Positions 30,324 to 39,191 of a DNA stretch of 64,000 bases are shown here, piece by piece. The stretch is from IMG/VR virus record IMGVR_UViG_3300035689_000001; one strand, given 5' to 3'. This stretch comes from an uncultured virus (IMG/VR IMGVR_UViG_3300035689_000001) (Duplodnaviria > Heunggongvirae > Uroviricota > Caudoviricetes). The notes under the pieces were generated by a model. That model was not told the DNA's origin, did not search any database, and saw only the letters and a list, made by a program, of their open reading frames with translations. Numbering within the stretch: the first letter of the stretch is position 1; each line of letters begins with the position of its first letter. The position numbers and the translations under genes were made by a program.

Positions 30324-30983
30324 ATGTCAGGAATTGATTTTTCAGGATTGTCAGATGAGCAGCTTCTACAACTGCTGACGGAAGCGATGGCCGAGGCGAT
30401 GAACCGGGGTGAGGTAGTGCGCCTAGCAGCGCAAGATGCCGTGCTTTCTACAGAGGAGAAGCTCCAAATTCAGCAGCGAGTGGCCGCTCAATACGCAGAG
30501 CGAAAGCTGCAGGAGGAGCGGCAGAGGGTAGAGCGTGAGGCCGAAGAAAAGCACAAGGCCAAAGAACTCAAGCAGCAAGCCGAGAAGACCGAAACACTCT
30601 GGTCAGCTCGTGCTGCGATCGTTGCCGCCATCCGTCAATGGGGCTACGACGGGGATTTTGAGATAAATATTTGGTCCAGCGGAGCAGATCGACGGGTTTA
30701 CTTCCAGAAGACTGTATCCAGCGGTCGCCGTGGCTTTACAGCGGAGTGGAAATTCTGCCTGTATGTAACGGGCAATAATTACCAGGCTCCCGGTGCATTT
30801 ATCGGTGAAGGTGCCAATTGCTGGTTTGACGACAAGCAGGAATTGCTCCAAGCGTTTCTGCTTGAAGTCGCAAACGCATGGAAGGGCGACATGAAGATGT
30901 CTTCCGATACGGGAACCGCAGAGCCATCTGAGAAGTGGCTGAAGAAATACCTGGCAGTCCTCAATGGAGGAGTCTCAAAATGA
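30324..30983 (+). CDS. Hypothetical coiled-coil protein
   Basis: 219 aa, AGGAG RBS; INIWSSGADRRVYF motif. Confidence 0.65.
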   Translation: MSGIDFSGLSDEQLLQLLTEAMAEAMNRGEVVRLAAQDAVLSTEEKLQIQQRVAAQYAERKLQEERQRVEREAEEKHKAKELKQQAEKTETLWSARAAIVAAIRQWGYDGDFEINIWSSGADRRVYFQKTVSSGRRGFTAEWKFCLYVTGNNYQAPGAFIGEGANCWFDDKQELLQAFLLEVANAWKGDMKMSSDTGTAEPSEKWLKKYLAVLNGGVSK

Positions 30984-31573
30984 ATCTCACCAATCCCTTC
31001 GCCTCTGTTATAGCCCAAGCCGCTCAGCAGGAAGGGGACACAGAAACCCTGAAGCAATATGCCCAGCGGCTAAATCCGAAGAAGGCTTCTGGTTCCCTCC
31101 TCCTTCTCGACATTTCCGGCTCCATGTCGGAAACGATTGAGAACGGCATTCGCAAAATCGATATCCTGCGGCAGGCACTGAACCGTCCCCTGCACCCAGG
31201 GGAGCAGGCGATCGCATTCAATAGCGCCTGGTACCCACTCCTGAGCCTCCAGGCGATTCCTGAACCCAGCGGCAGTACCGCACTGCACTACGCTATACAG
31301 GAGGTCGCCACAACCTACAAGCCGGCTACTACCCTGGTGGTCTGCGACGGTAGACCGGATTCTCCAGAGCAGGCGCTGGAGGCGATCAGAAAACTGAGCG
31401 GCGTGATCAATACGCTCTACATCGGGCCGGATAATGATCAGGCGGCCATCGACTTTATGCGGAAATTGGCACGGGCGGGATGCGGTCGCGCTCACTGTTG
31501 CGATCTGCGACGGAATGCCGCGCCACAACTCAGTAGTGCGATCGCTGGCTTACTTCCTCCGAGCCAAGCGTAG
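30980..31573 (+). CDS. von Willebrand factor A (VWA) domain protein
   Basis: LLLLDISGSMS MIDAS motif, PSGSTAL, LVVCDGRPD; ATGA overlap with the previous gene. Confidence 0.88.
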   Translation: MNLTNPFASVIAQAAQQEGDTETLKQYAQRLNPKKASGSLLLLDISGSMSETIENGIRKIDILRQALNRPLHPGEQAIAFNSAWYPLLSLQAIPEPSGSTALHYAIQEVATTYKPATTLVVCDGRPDSPEQALEAIRKLSGVINTLYIGPDNDQAAIDFMRKLARAGCGRAHCCDLRRNAAPQLSSAIAGLLPPSQA

Positions 31574-31604
31574 GCGAGAAAAGGGGTTTACGCGCACCGC
31601 GCCA

Positions 31605-32144
31605 TCAATATGGAATTTCCGTCTCTTCCCAGTCGCCGCATTCATCACCAGCGGGACCGTAAGGGTGCATCCCGCAGACCAACAGGATGTCGTTGTGGGT
31701 ATGGCCATGATGGTGTTTGCATCCAAGGCATATCGGGTTGGTGGCAGCAACTGGTTTATCCACCATGAAGGTCGTGATCGTCCAGTTGTCTTCCTGTTCC
31801 TTAACGGCAGATCCTGCCCTTGGGATTACCCGGAGGGTGACTTGATCCAGGTGCTTCCTTTCCCCAAGTTTGTACCCTTCGACCTGGCCCCAGATTGTGC
31901 GATCGCCATCCCGCAATATCCTGCCTGGTTGGATGCTCCAGTTTTGACCCTGGTGAAATCTGATCCGAATGAGCATTGCTCCCGACATCGCATTGACTTC
32001 ATGCCAATCCAGTACAAAGTTTGCTGACCACAGAACCGGGCCATCCCGATCGAACTCCATAATCAATCCAGGGGACCAATTCGTGTAACTGTAGGGTCCT
32101 GTCGGGCCTTGCAAATTTATTGAGGCAAATCTCCAGCATTGCAT
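31605..32144 (-). CDS. Hypothetical protein with C-terminal Cys/His motif (DUF6464-like)
   Basis: CLGCKHHHG....LLVCGMHPYGP..DECGDWE. Confidence 0.6.
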   Translation of the reverse strand: MQCWRFASINLQGPTGPYSYTNWSPGLIMEFDRDGPVLWSANFVLDWHEVNAMSGAMLIRIRFHQGQNWSIQPGRILRDGDRTIWGQVEGYKLGERKHLDQVTLRVIPRAGSAVKEQEDNWTITTFMVDKPVAATNPICLGCKHHHGHTHNDILLVCGMHPYGPAGDECGDWEETEIPY

Positions 32145-32366
32145 AAGGGCGATCGCTCATGTGCCAATTCAGTTTAGTTGACGAATCGGCACAATTAACC
32201 AATCTCGATTTGTCAACTAATAAAAAAGCCACCCCCGTAGGAGCGGCGAACGGTGTTCCCAGTTGATCTGCCCGCTGGGGCTTTCCCAAAGGATGCCCAG
32301 TGAATGAAGGGGCGATCAATCAGGTCGTGAAATCTGTGGCGGGACGATGGAATTTCCCAGAATTTA

Positions 32367-33251
32367 TTAAAGGCGACGAGCGATCGCCGCTTCATGAACC
32401 GATTCAGGGGTAGAGCTTGCCACGTTCGAGATTCGCAACAGCTCGTTTACCATCGCGATCGCCTCAGTTTTGGTTACCCGAGGCGACAGTTTCAACCCAT
32501 CCCGGAGATACCACTCCTTTGGAGAGAGAAGCGATAGGCCAGCATCAGTGACCCGATCGCGCCATCCATCCTCTGGTAGCACTTCGTCAATACCGTGTCC
32601 CTCGTACAACAGCTTACTGGAATCAGGCATCCAGTCCCTCATTGTTTCGGAATTATAGCGCAGGCCCTTGATGCAAACCTCCTGATACCCCAACTCACAC
32701 AGTCGTGGCAGAAACGACAAATCTGAAACACCGGAGATGTAGGGATGGCACATAGGTAGGCATCTTACGCTGAACTCCTGTGCCAACTCCAGAGTGCGGA
32801 GATGCACTCGACTAGGAACACGCTCGACTGGCGGTTTGTTGCCAGTGATGGTGACAACCAGGAACAGGTTTGGGATTTGAGCCAGTTCCTGCATCAGATC
32901 TCGGTTGATGCTCCACTTGGTCACGACTGTCAGTAATTTGGCCTCTAAGTGAGTACTGTGAACCCATTCCCAAAAGAACGGGAGTAACTGTGGCATCATG
33001 CCATCTGTTACGGCGGTCCAACCAGCAAAGTCGCCTCGAAACAAACGCCAGGGAGTTGCTTTGAAACGCTGTTGAGTCTCCTGATCTTCCGTAATCCAGG
33101 GCGGTACATTCATGAAGGTGCAAGCTTTGTTGATGCCCAACAGGCCGCGTGACCAGGCAGCGGTACGGTTGGCGTCCAGTTCGGTGACGTGGCAGTACCG
33201 ACAGGCAACCGGACAGGCGGGCTTGCCTACTTCAAACCGAAATTCGCCCAT
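32367..33251 (-). CDS. Radical SAM protein (spore-photoproduct-lyase-like clan)
   Basis: N-terminal CPVACRYC (CxxxCxYC); VVTKW, VVTITG, HPYISGVSD. Confidence 0.85.
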   Translation of the reverse strand: MGEFRFEVGKPACPVACRYCHVTELDANRTAAWSRGLLGINKACTFMNVPPWITEDQETQQRFKATPWRLFRGDFAGWTAVTDGMMPQLLPFFWEWVHSTHLEAKLLTVVTKWSINRDLMQELAQIPNLFLVVTITGNKPPVERVPSRVHLRTLELAQEFSVRCLPMCHPYISGVSDLSFLPRLCELGYQEVCIKGLRYNSETMRDWMPDSSKLLYEGHGIDEVLPEDGWRDRVTDAGLSLLSPKEWYLRDGLKLSPRVTKTEAIAMVNELLRISNVASSTPESVHEAAIARRL

Positions 33252-33804
33252 GCCGTGCCAGCTCCTTCAGTATTGCTAAGGTTACATCCTGCTGGGGTTG
33301 TTCTGCGTCAACCTCAACAAGGTGATTCAATTCCTGCCAGTTCGCCCTGTAGCCAATGTTCTGCAATAGCTCAGGCAGTCGCGATCGCTCCATTTCCATC
33401 CGGGACTTCCATTTCTCCAGGGAGTCGCCTGCGCGATCGCGGTCTACGACACGGCGCTGACTCTCTTGCTCTGAAATCTTCAGATGCACAAAAAAATTGA
33501 GAAAGCCGTCCCATGAAATGGAGTCTTTCTGAATTCGATCACGGGGGAAGCCATCCACGATGCATCCCCCTTGCTTGGGGACAGAATCGTAAAATAGCGC
33601 GATTGCTACGTCCGGTGACAAAGGCTCCCAGTTGGATCTTTTATGTACTTCACGAATGCAATCTGCCAGTTGCCCCTCTCCATTTTTGGCAAGTTCACGG
33701 GCGCGATCGCCCAGACTTATGTGGGGAACATTCAGTATCTTGCTGAGTGCTTCCCCTTGAGTCCCCTTGCCTGCGCCAGGTAATCCCAGTAAAAAGATTC
33801 TCAT
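33232..33804 (-). CDS. adk: Adenylate/nucleoside monophosphate kinase
   Basis: IFLLGLPGAGKGTQ P-loop, VPHISLGD..R, IVDGFPR. Confidence 0.9.
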   Translation of the reverse strand: MRIFLLGLPGAGKGTQGEALSKILNVPHISLGDRARELAKNGEGQLADCIREVHKRSNWEPLSPDVAIALFYDSVPKQGGCIVDGFPRDRIQKDSISWDGFLNFFVHLKISEQESQRRVVDRDRAGDSLEKWKSRMEMERSRLPELLQNIGYRANWQELNHLVEVDAEQPQQDVTLAILKELARHGRISV

Positions 33805-34040
33805 GATTGAGCCAACCTAACGTTGCTGTACTGTGGGTCTCCGGTTACTTCCAGCCATAACCAGTCTGGTAGAACCGGAATGTCCGCCAGCTTAATTTCA
33901 GCGATCACCAGTCCATCGTGATTACCCTCAAACTTATCGACAGTCCACAGTTGATCGCCTACTTTGATCTCGTGCCGGACTTTGCTGAGTCGATACATTG
34001 CTGTCTGTTGAAGGTCGATCGCATCGGCAATCGGAATCTC

Positions 34041-35480
34041 TTGACTTCTCCCCCGCATGAATGACGGGGGATTCCCAAGTGATGCTACGCAACGGGCTGA
34101 AGCCGCGTTGCTTCGCTTTTCCCTTGAGCTGTCACCCACAACTTAATGCGGGTGGGGGCAGTCAAAGACCCCCTACCAACTCCGCTCAGACTAAATCCAA
34201 GCATCGTCGCTACTTTACGCAGAATGTTGGCAGCGCCATTACAATCCGCGTTGATATACCAATTCTGAGCAGTCCTGAACAACCCCCGCTTCGTTCGCTT
34301 CCCAGATGACTTCCAGCTATCAGGTTTTTCACCGAATGTCGGCAAAAAGTCATCATCCACAAACGACGCTTGAGAGGTATACGACTCCTCAGTTTCAACA
34401 AACTCTATCCCATGCTGCTCTGCTAACTGAGCAATGCGCTCTTTCAGCTTTGCAGTTGGGATCTGCACAAACTTCTGATTGGTCTTCTTGCCCAGGTTGG
34501 AGCCGTCCTTTTGCCGCTGGTTCCAGCCAAATACAATTCGTCCAATCCGGTTTTTGATGCAATGGTCAACGACAATCCGCGCTGCCTTGTTCACCGCGTC
34601 GCGCATCTGACGATTGCGTTTCTCGGTGAGTTGAGCAAGTCGTTTCGACCAAAAGTCCTGTGACTTGCCCTCTTTCAGCGAGGCAATCTGTTTGTTGTGC
34701 CAGCGGTTCAGCGATTTGAGGTGCAGTCCATCCACAATGAAGCTGGTTCCCACATTGCTGACGCAGGTGAGCCAATTATTCAGTCCCGAATCAATCCCCA
34801 GCACCCGCATCGGGTCTACATCAACTTGGACGGGTTTCAGGCGATAGACAAACTCAGTGTAGAAACACCCGTTGCGCGGCAGAATCCGTAGTTCTTTAAT
34901 GTCCTCAAATTTGAGGTTAGAGGGCATTGGAACGGTGAACGAATCAATCTGGAACCACGTCTTCACCAACTGCCCCAGCGGAACCCGGATCATCCCATCA
35001 ATCAGTTTCAGCGCTTGTTTGGGATAGCTGACTACTGCCAACCCTCCCTTCTTCCGGTAGTCGGGCAATTTGGGCTTCTCTGCCAACTCTCCGTCCCGCC
35101 ACAGCTTTGACAATGCTCGATACGACTTGAATGACTCGTAGACTGAGCGAAGAACTTGTTGTGCAGCTTGGGAATAGAGAACTTGGAAGTGCTTACTGGA
35201 TTTGTACTCAGCATCCAGGGTGAATTTGCCAATCCACCGCCCGGTCTTGAAATGCAGTTGACGGGCATAGTAGATGCCCTGATTAGTCAGCTTGTTCGCC
35301 TCAGAGCAGATAAACTCCACCACCGCCCTGAGTTCGTTGTTGGGGTTAAGTAAAACTTGCTGGCATCCAAACATAAGACAATTGTACCAACTATTTCATC
35401 TCACTGGGGGCTAAAGCCCCTTGAGTTGACTGTATCCCCTCGCTGAAGCGGAGGGGCTTTAGTCTGCCCACATCGCCTCA
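34041..35480 (-). mobile_element. IS200/IS605-family tnpB-only (IS1341-like) element
   Basis: Minus strand: TTAC target at 35481..35484, left-end hairpin, right-end hairpin ending AGAAGTCAA; no target-site duplication. Confidence 0.9.
34085..35374 (-). CDS. tnpB: RNA-guided endonuclease TnpB
   Basis: LGIDSGLNN (RuvC I), IVFGWN...EESYTS (shifted RuvC II), INADCNGAANI (RuvC III). Confidence 0.92.
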   Translation of the reverse strand: MFGCQQVLLNPNNELRAVVEFICSEANKLTNQGIYYARQLHFKTGRWIGKFTLDAEYKSSKHFQVLYSQAAQQVLRSVYESFKSYRALSKLWRDGELAEKPKLPDYRKKGGLAVVSYPKQALKLIDGMIRVPLGQLVKTWFQIDSFTVPMPSNLKFEDIKELRILPRNGCFYTEFVYRLKPVQVDVDPMRVLGIDSGLNNWLTCVSNVGTSFIVDGLHLKSLNRWHNKQIASLKEGKSQDFWSKRLAQLTEKRNRQMRDAVNKAARIVVDHCIKNRIGRIVFGWNQRQKDGSNLGKKTNQKFVQIPTAKLKERIAQLAEQHGIEFVETEESYTSQASFVDDDFLPTFGEKPDSWKSSGKRTKRGLFRTAQNWYINADCNGAANILRKVATMLGFSLSGVGRGSLTAPTRIKLWVTAQGKSEATRLQPVA

Positions 35481-35682
35481 GTAATCAAAGACCTGGCGAA
35501 CGCCATTAACCCGATTACTAAGCACCGAAAGATACCCAATCTCTGGAGTCAGGGAACTAACGCGAACCCGGATTTCGGGTTCGATCGATAGGTACGCCTG
35601 AGTGATATTTCTAGTTCGCTCCGGGATAGCAAAAAGCAACCAGTAATCGCTCTTGACTAAAAACTTTCGCTCAATATCCTGT

Positions 35683-36906
35683 TTAGGCATTGATGTGCTC
35701 CAGTTGCAAAATGCGACTCGGGCTCATCCCGACAGTTACTTGAAACTCTGGCGGCAATACATCCTCAAACATTGAAAGGAAGCAGTAGGAGCATTTCAGG
35801 CACTTTTTGGCGGGAATGTACTCACTCCACACCATCCAAGAGTTCACGCCGTACAACACTCCTTCGCCATTGCCATCAGGCATTGAAAAGCGGGGATGGA
35901 GCCGCACGTTGCTATTTTCACCAGGGGGAATTGTGGGATCTGTTGCCAGCATTCCACCTGTCAGGAAGCGCGCTAACGACATCTCGCCCCAGGACGGAAC
36001 ACTGCCGTCCCATGCCCGAACGTTAATGTAGGGTGCTCCCATGTCGGGAGTCTTGGGGCAGTTGGTGCAACATAGGGTGCATTGCGATCGCACCTCCACG
36101 CCGCACCGCTGATACCGTTCCGAGGCGGTATGCACTTCAACCTGAAAGCCGAGATAGCGAAGCAATTCTACACTATCGGCGACCGGCTGGATGAACTGAG
36201 CGGCACCTGCACAGGAGTCTTTCAGGGAACAGCGATCGCACCCAACGAATTTAGGCGCAACGTAGTACGGGTTGAGGCTGCGGGGCTTGCCTGACAATGC
36301 CGCTACTGCACATTGGGTTCGAGTCCAGTAGGGAATACCCAGATCTTCCGCAAGTTGCACCATTTGCTCTGCTGTTATCTGCGGCGTCAACTTTAGGGTT
36401 CGCATCCAGTTTTGTGCATCTGGAGCGGGAATATTTTGCAACCCCGCATCGTTAACGACGCGATTGTCACCACGGAATCCAGAAGAAATGATCGCATGGC
36501 AACCGGCGTTCACCGAGCGTTCAAACATTTCCCGAATTAGCTCAGGAGAATCGTTGACTGTGTGGATAATGGGGCGGATGTAAGCAATCGCTTTTGCGCC
36601 AGCCTCACGCGCAACCGCTAGTGTGCGGTTGCGTGATTCGGTTGGGGCTGGCTCCATTTCCTTCGGCAGATGGGAGATAGAGGCAAATACAAAGAGATTG
36701 AGGTTTGTAGACCAATACTGGAGGCGATCGCGCCACCATGGGGAAGACAGGTCTCCCTTCGTGATGAGCGCAACGGCTCCAGTGTGTCCGTCATCTACCA
36801 AAGCATTAAGCTTCTGCTCGGTCGATTGCCTGAGAATTGACGGGTCGGCCAGGTTGTTGATACTGACGGGTAAATCCCGCAGCAATTGGAGCCACCGATC
36901 TTTCAT
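35683..36906 (-). CDS. Radical-SAM-barrel-like protein lacking the N-terminal CxxxCxxC, with Cys-rich C-terminal half
   Basis: LITKG, FASISHL..EMEP, YIRPIIHTVND parallel motifs in the 32367 protein; Cys clusters CDRC..SC, CTLCCTNC, CLKCSYC. Confidence 0.6.
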   Translation of the reverse strand: MKDRWLQLLRDLPVSINNLADPSILRQSTEQKLNALVDDGHTGAVALITKGDLSSPWWRDRLQYWSTNLNLFVFASISHLPKEMEPAPTESRNRTLAVAREAGAKAIAYIRPIIHTVNDSPELIREMFERSVNAGCHAIISSGFRGDNRVVNDAGLQNIPAPDAQNWMRTLKLTPQITAEQMVQLAEDLGIPYWTRTQCAVAALSGKPRSLNPYYVAPKFVGCDRCSLKDSCAGAAQFIQPVADSVELLRYLGFQVEVHTASERYQRCGVEVRSQCTLCCTNCPKTPDMGAPYINVRAWDGSVPSWGEMSLARFLTGGMLATDPTIPPGENSNVRLHPRFSMPDGNGEGVLYGVNSWMVWSEYIPAKKCLKCSYCFLSMFEDVLPPEFQVTVGMSPSRILQLEHINA

Positions 36907-36908
36907 GG

Positions 36909-37370
36909 TCAATGTACCTTCTTTTTGGGATATACCAAGCAATGGGGATGGTCGAACGCGAGAAACGGGTTATGTAAACTTTCAACCAAAAGCCCGTTTT
37001 GCCCCGATCGAAATGTGTGTAGAACCCCTCTCGGCATCCAGACGCGATCGCCTGGATGCAGCGGATGTATCTGAAGGATGTTACCTGAGAAAAATTCAAA
37101 AGTGCCGCCCCCCTGAATCACGGTGATGCGACGATCTGATTGGGGGTGGCAGTGGTGAGCGTTATCCTCACTGGAGTCTGCGGGGAACTTCACTATCAAG
37201 ACACCCAGGTGTCCTGATACACCCTGGATGATCTGTGCCCGCATGTAAGTTTCGTAGGGAGTCCAGGGAGTCTGCTGAGAAATTCCCACGCTGGCGGATT
37301 GGTTGTGCTCCAAGAATCTGCCGTCACGCCAGCGATCGCGACATTCCTGCCGAAATTTCAATCTATCCAT
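36909..37370 (-). CDS. Cupin-domain protein
   Basis: AHHCHPQSDRRITVIQGGG and LHPGDRVWMPRGVLHTF cupin motifs 1 and 2. Confidence 0.85.
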   Translation of the reverse strand: MDRLKFRQECRDRWRDGRFLEHNQSASVGISQQTPWTPYETYMRAQIIQGVSGHLGVLIVKFPADSSEDNAHHCHPQSDRRITVIQGGGTFEFFSGNILQIHPLHPGDRVWMPRGVLHTFRSGQNGLLVESLHNPFLAFDHPHCLVYPKKKVH

Positions 37371-37668
37371 CCAGTTCAAGCCTAAAACTAAAGTATTCGG
37401 AGCTGTCTTCAATGCCAGGAGGTAGACTGCACACCAACCAGTCGCCTCCTTCGAGGTAGAGGGTGCCGTTTTTGATAGCCTCCTGCACCATGCTCAGAGG
37501 GAACAGACACGCATTCTCCAGTTGCGCCTTGTTACCCTGCACCTGCCCTCCTGGAGAAAGCTGGTGGACAGTGGCTACCCCGGTGTAGTTTGGGAAGCGA
37601 TTAGCTATGCAGGCCACTACAGCGGTCTGATCACCAACAGCCTGGATTTCAGCAGGAGAGATTTTCAT
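37363..37668 (-). CDS. Hypothetical protein
   Basis: 101 aa, overlaps both neighbours. Confidence 0.6.
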   Translation of the reverse strand: MKISPAEIQAVGDQTAVVACIANRFPNYTGVATVHQLSPGGQVQGNKAQLENACLFPLSMVQEAIKNGTLYLEGGDWLVCSLPPGIEDSSEYFSFRLELDG

Positions 37669-37835
37669 ACGTCTTTCAGTTGCTTATTGAGGGTGTATGC
37701 AGTACCGAAGCCCAGGGCGGCTCCCATGATTCCGCCTGCCAATTTGTTTCCAGTAGATTCACCAAAGGCAAAACCCGCTACAGTGGCGGCGATCGCTACC
37801 ACAGCACACAAGCCAAGCAGGACATTTTTGTTCAT
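37665..37835 (-). CDS. Small two-helix Gly-rich membrane protein (56 aa, not in ORF track)
   Basis: MNKNVLLGLCAVVAIAATVAGFAFGESTGNKLAGGIMGAALGFGTAYTLNKQLKDV; ATGA overlap with the next gene. Confidence 0.65.
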   Translation of the reverse strand: MNKNVLLGLCAVVAIAATVAGFAFGESTGNKLAGGIMGAALGFGTAYTLNKQLKDV

Positions 37836-37907
37836 GAGTGAGCGCTTTTGTGTTGCTGACGATCGCGCACTCGCCAGTATTGAGTAGCCTCTGCGCGGAG
37901 GTCCAGG

Positions 37908-38246
37908 CTATTTGATTACCTGACCCAATTCATATGCACTGGAATGCGTGATGCAAACAACGTAGCTGCCTCCATCGATCTTTGGGTCAAAGCAGGCAAC
38001 AGCGGGAACAAGGTGCGCGAAAGCGTGTGCGATCGTCATAGCCACTGGCAGGGACGCTGCTCCGTTGACCCGAAGTACATCCAGGCCCACTGCGATAACT
38101 TCATCCACCACGACCTTGCACCCTGCCGCCGCATCGACCACCTTCTCGTCATTGTCGGAAGGCGTACCAAAAGAGATGTTCAGAATCGAGCCGTCAAAGG
38201 AGACGTTGTAAGTACCGGCCACGTGTTTTGTTTCTCCGTTGTTCAC
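37908..38246 (-). CDS. csx3: Csx3/Crn3-family cyclic-oligoadenylate ring nuclease homolog
   Basis: LRVNGAASLPVAMTIAHAFAHLVPAVACFDPKI...YVVCITHSSAYELGQVI matches the cyanobacterial Csx3 pattern. Confidence 0.8.
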   Translation of the reverse strand: MNNGETKHVAGTYNVSFDGSILNISFGTPSDNDEKVVDAAAGCKVVVDEVIAVGLDVLRVNGAASLPVAMTIAHAFAHLVPAVACFDPKIDGGSYVVCITHSSAYELGQVIK

Positions 38247-38406
38247 GATGTTTTCAATTTAGCTCAGTTATGGCTTGATTGCAAGGATCAAGCCATAGAA
38301 AAAGGCTATGGGAAAAATCTTATGTAAGACAAATTCTTATAGCTTGGTTGTGGAAATGTAGCTGCGTTAGGGCTAATCTTTAGTTTTAGGCGAGTTTAGA
38401 AGAGGC

Positions 38407-38856
38407 ATGATCCAGTTCAATGTATTGGAAGGGCAGGAGTTTACCTGGCTCTTTGTTGAAGCTCGCAGAGGAAAGCCTGATCGGGCTGATCTGCTACGGC
38501 TAGACTTGCCTCAGGTAACGGGCAGCAAGGGGTTAGTGATTTCCTCTGGCAAGCTCCCAGCCTGGGCAGGAGTGGGAACCGCCATAAGCCATTATCGAAA
38601 TCGAACACCATGGCAGGCGATTTACGATCCCGTTGAGAAAGGGGCGATTGTCATTTTTTCGATCTCGGATAATCCATTGATTGGCGACATTCTGTCACTG
38701 AAGTTGCCATGTCTGGCTTGTGCTGAAAAAGGTATAGAAACTCTTTTGAAGGCGGGTGCAATGTACCCTTACTGCCAAAAGAACGGCCACCAGAATCATG
38801 CTCCAGAGAGGCAGAGTTACACCCCGAAAAACTCTCCGTTGAGTAAAGATGGATGA
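38407..38856 (+). CDS. csx3: Second, divergent Csx3-like protein with C-terminal Cys/His extension
   Basis: LDLPQV...KGLVISSGKLPAWA....SHY...PWQAIYDP...GAIVIFS....LIGDIL parallels the Csx3 GVVISGRGPIW/YDPR pattern; tail CLAC..YPYC...GH. Confidence 0.7.
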   Translation: MIQFNVLEGQEFTWLFVEARRGKPDRADLLRLDLPQVTGSKGLVISSGKLPAWAGVGTAISHYRNRTPWQAIYDPVEKGAIVIFSISDNPLIGDILSLKLPCLACAEKGIETLLKAGAMYPYCQKNGHQNHAPERQSYTPKNSPLSKDG

Positions 38857-39191
38857 CACGGCAAGCCTTTACGCCACCAGAACCAACCAACGGGTTTGCC
38901 GTGGCATCAATCCAGATGGGTCCCCCTGCTGCAAGGTGCTGGCTCCCTAGGCGAAGGGAGACTATTGTGTGCGGCACCGACACCAGGATCCGGCCAGGAA
39001 GCAGCGGGTGAAAGAATCTCGCTAAACCGCCATAACCCTGAAGCATTTTTGCAGAGTTGGCCTGCAAAAATGCAATCAAACACTTTGCAGGAATAGGTTG
39101 CAGAACATGACTGAAACGAAAATGAGAGCCAGGTACGGTGGGAACTGCCGTATCTGTGGACAGCGATTCCCAGAAGGAACCGACATCTTCT

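Larger units (their letters stand above)
33801..35690 (-). pseudogene. CYTH (triphosphate tunnel) protein interrupted by the tnpB element; parts 35481..35690 and 33801..34040
   Basis: N-part DIERKFLV..TQAYL..IRVRV; C-part EIPIADA..KVRH..WTVDKFEG..GLVIAEI..EVTGDPQYSN; joined in frame they give 149 aa. Confidence 0.9.

Noticed and set aside
32367..33251. Prokaryotic viperin
   Set aside because: Has CxxxCxxC but not the viperin-type GGEP and SNG motifs; looks closer to SPL-like radical SAMs
33801..34139. 112-aa ORF as a complete gene
   Set aside because: Its N-terminal 33 codons are IS sequence; the remainder is the CYTH C-terminal part
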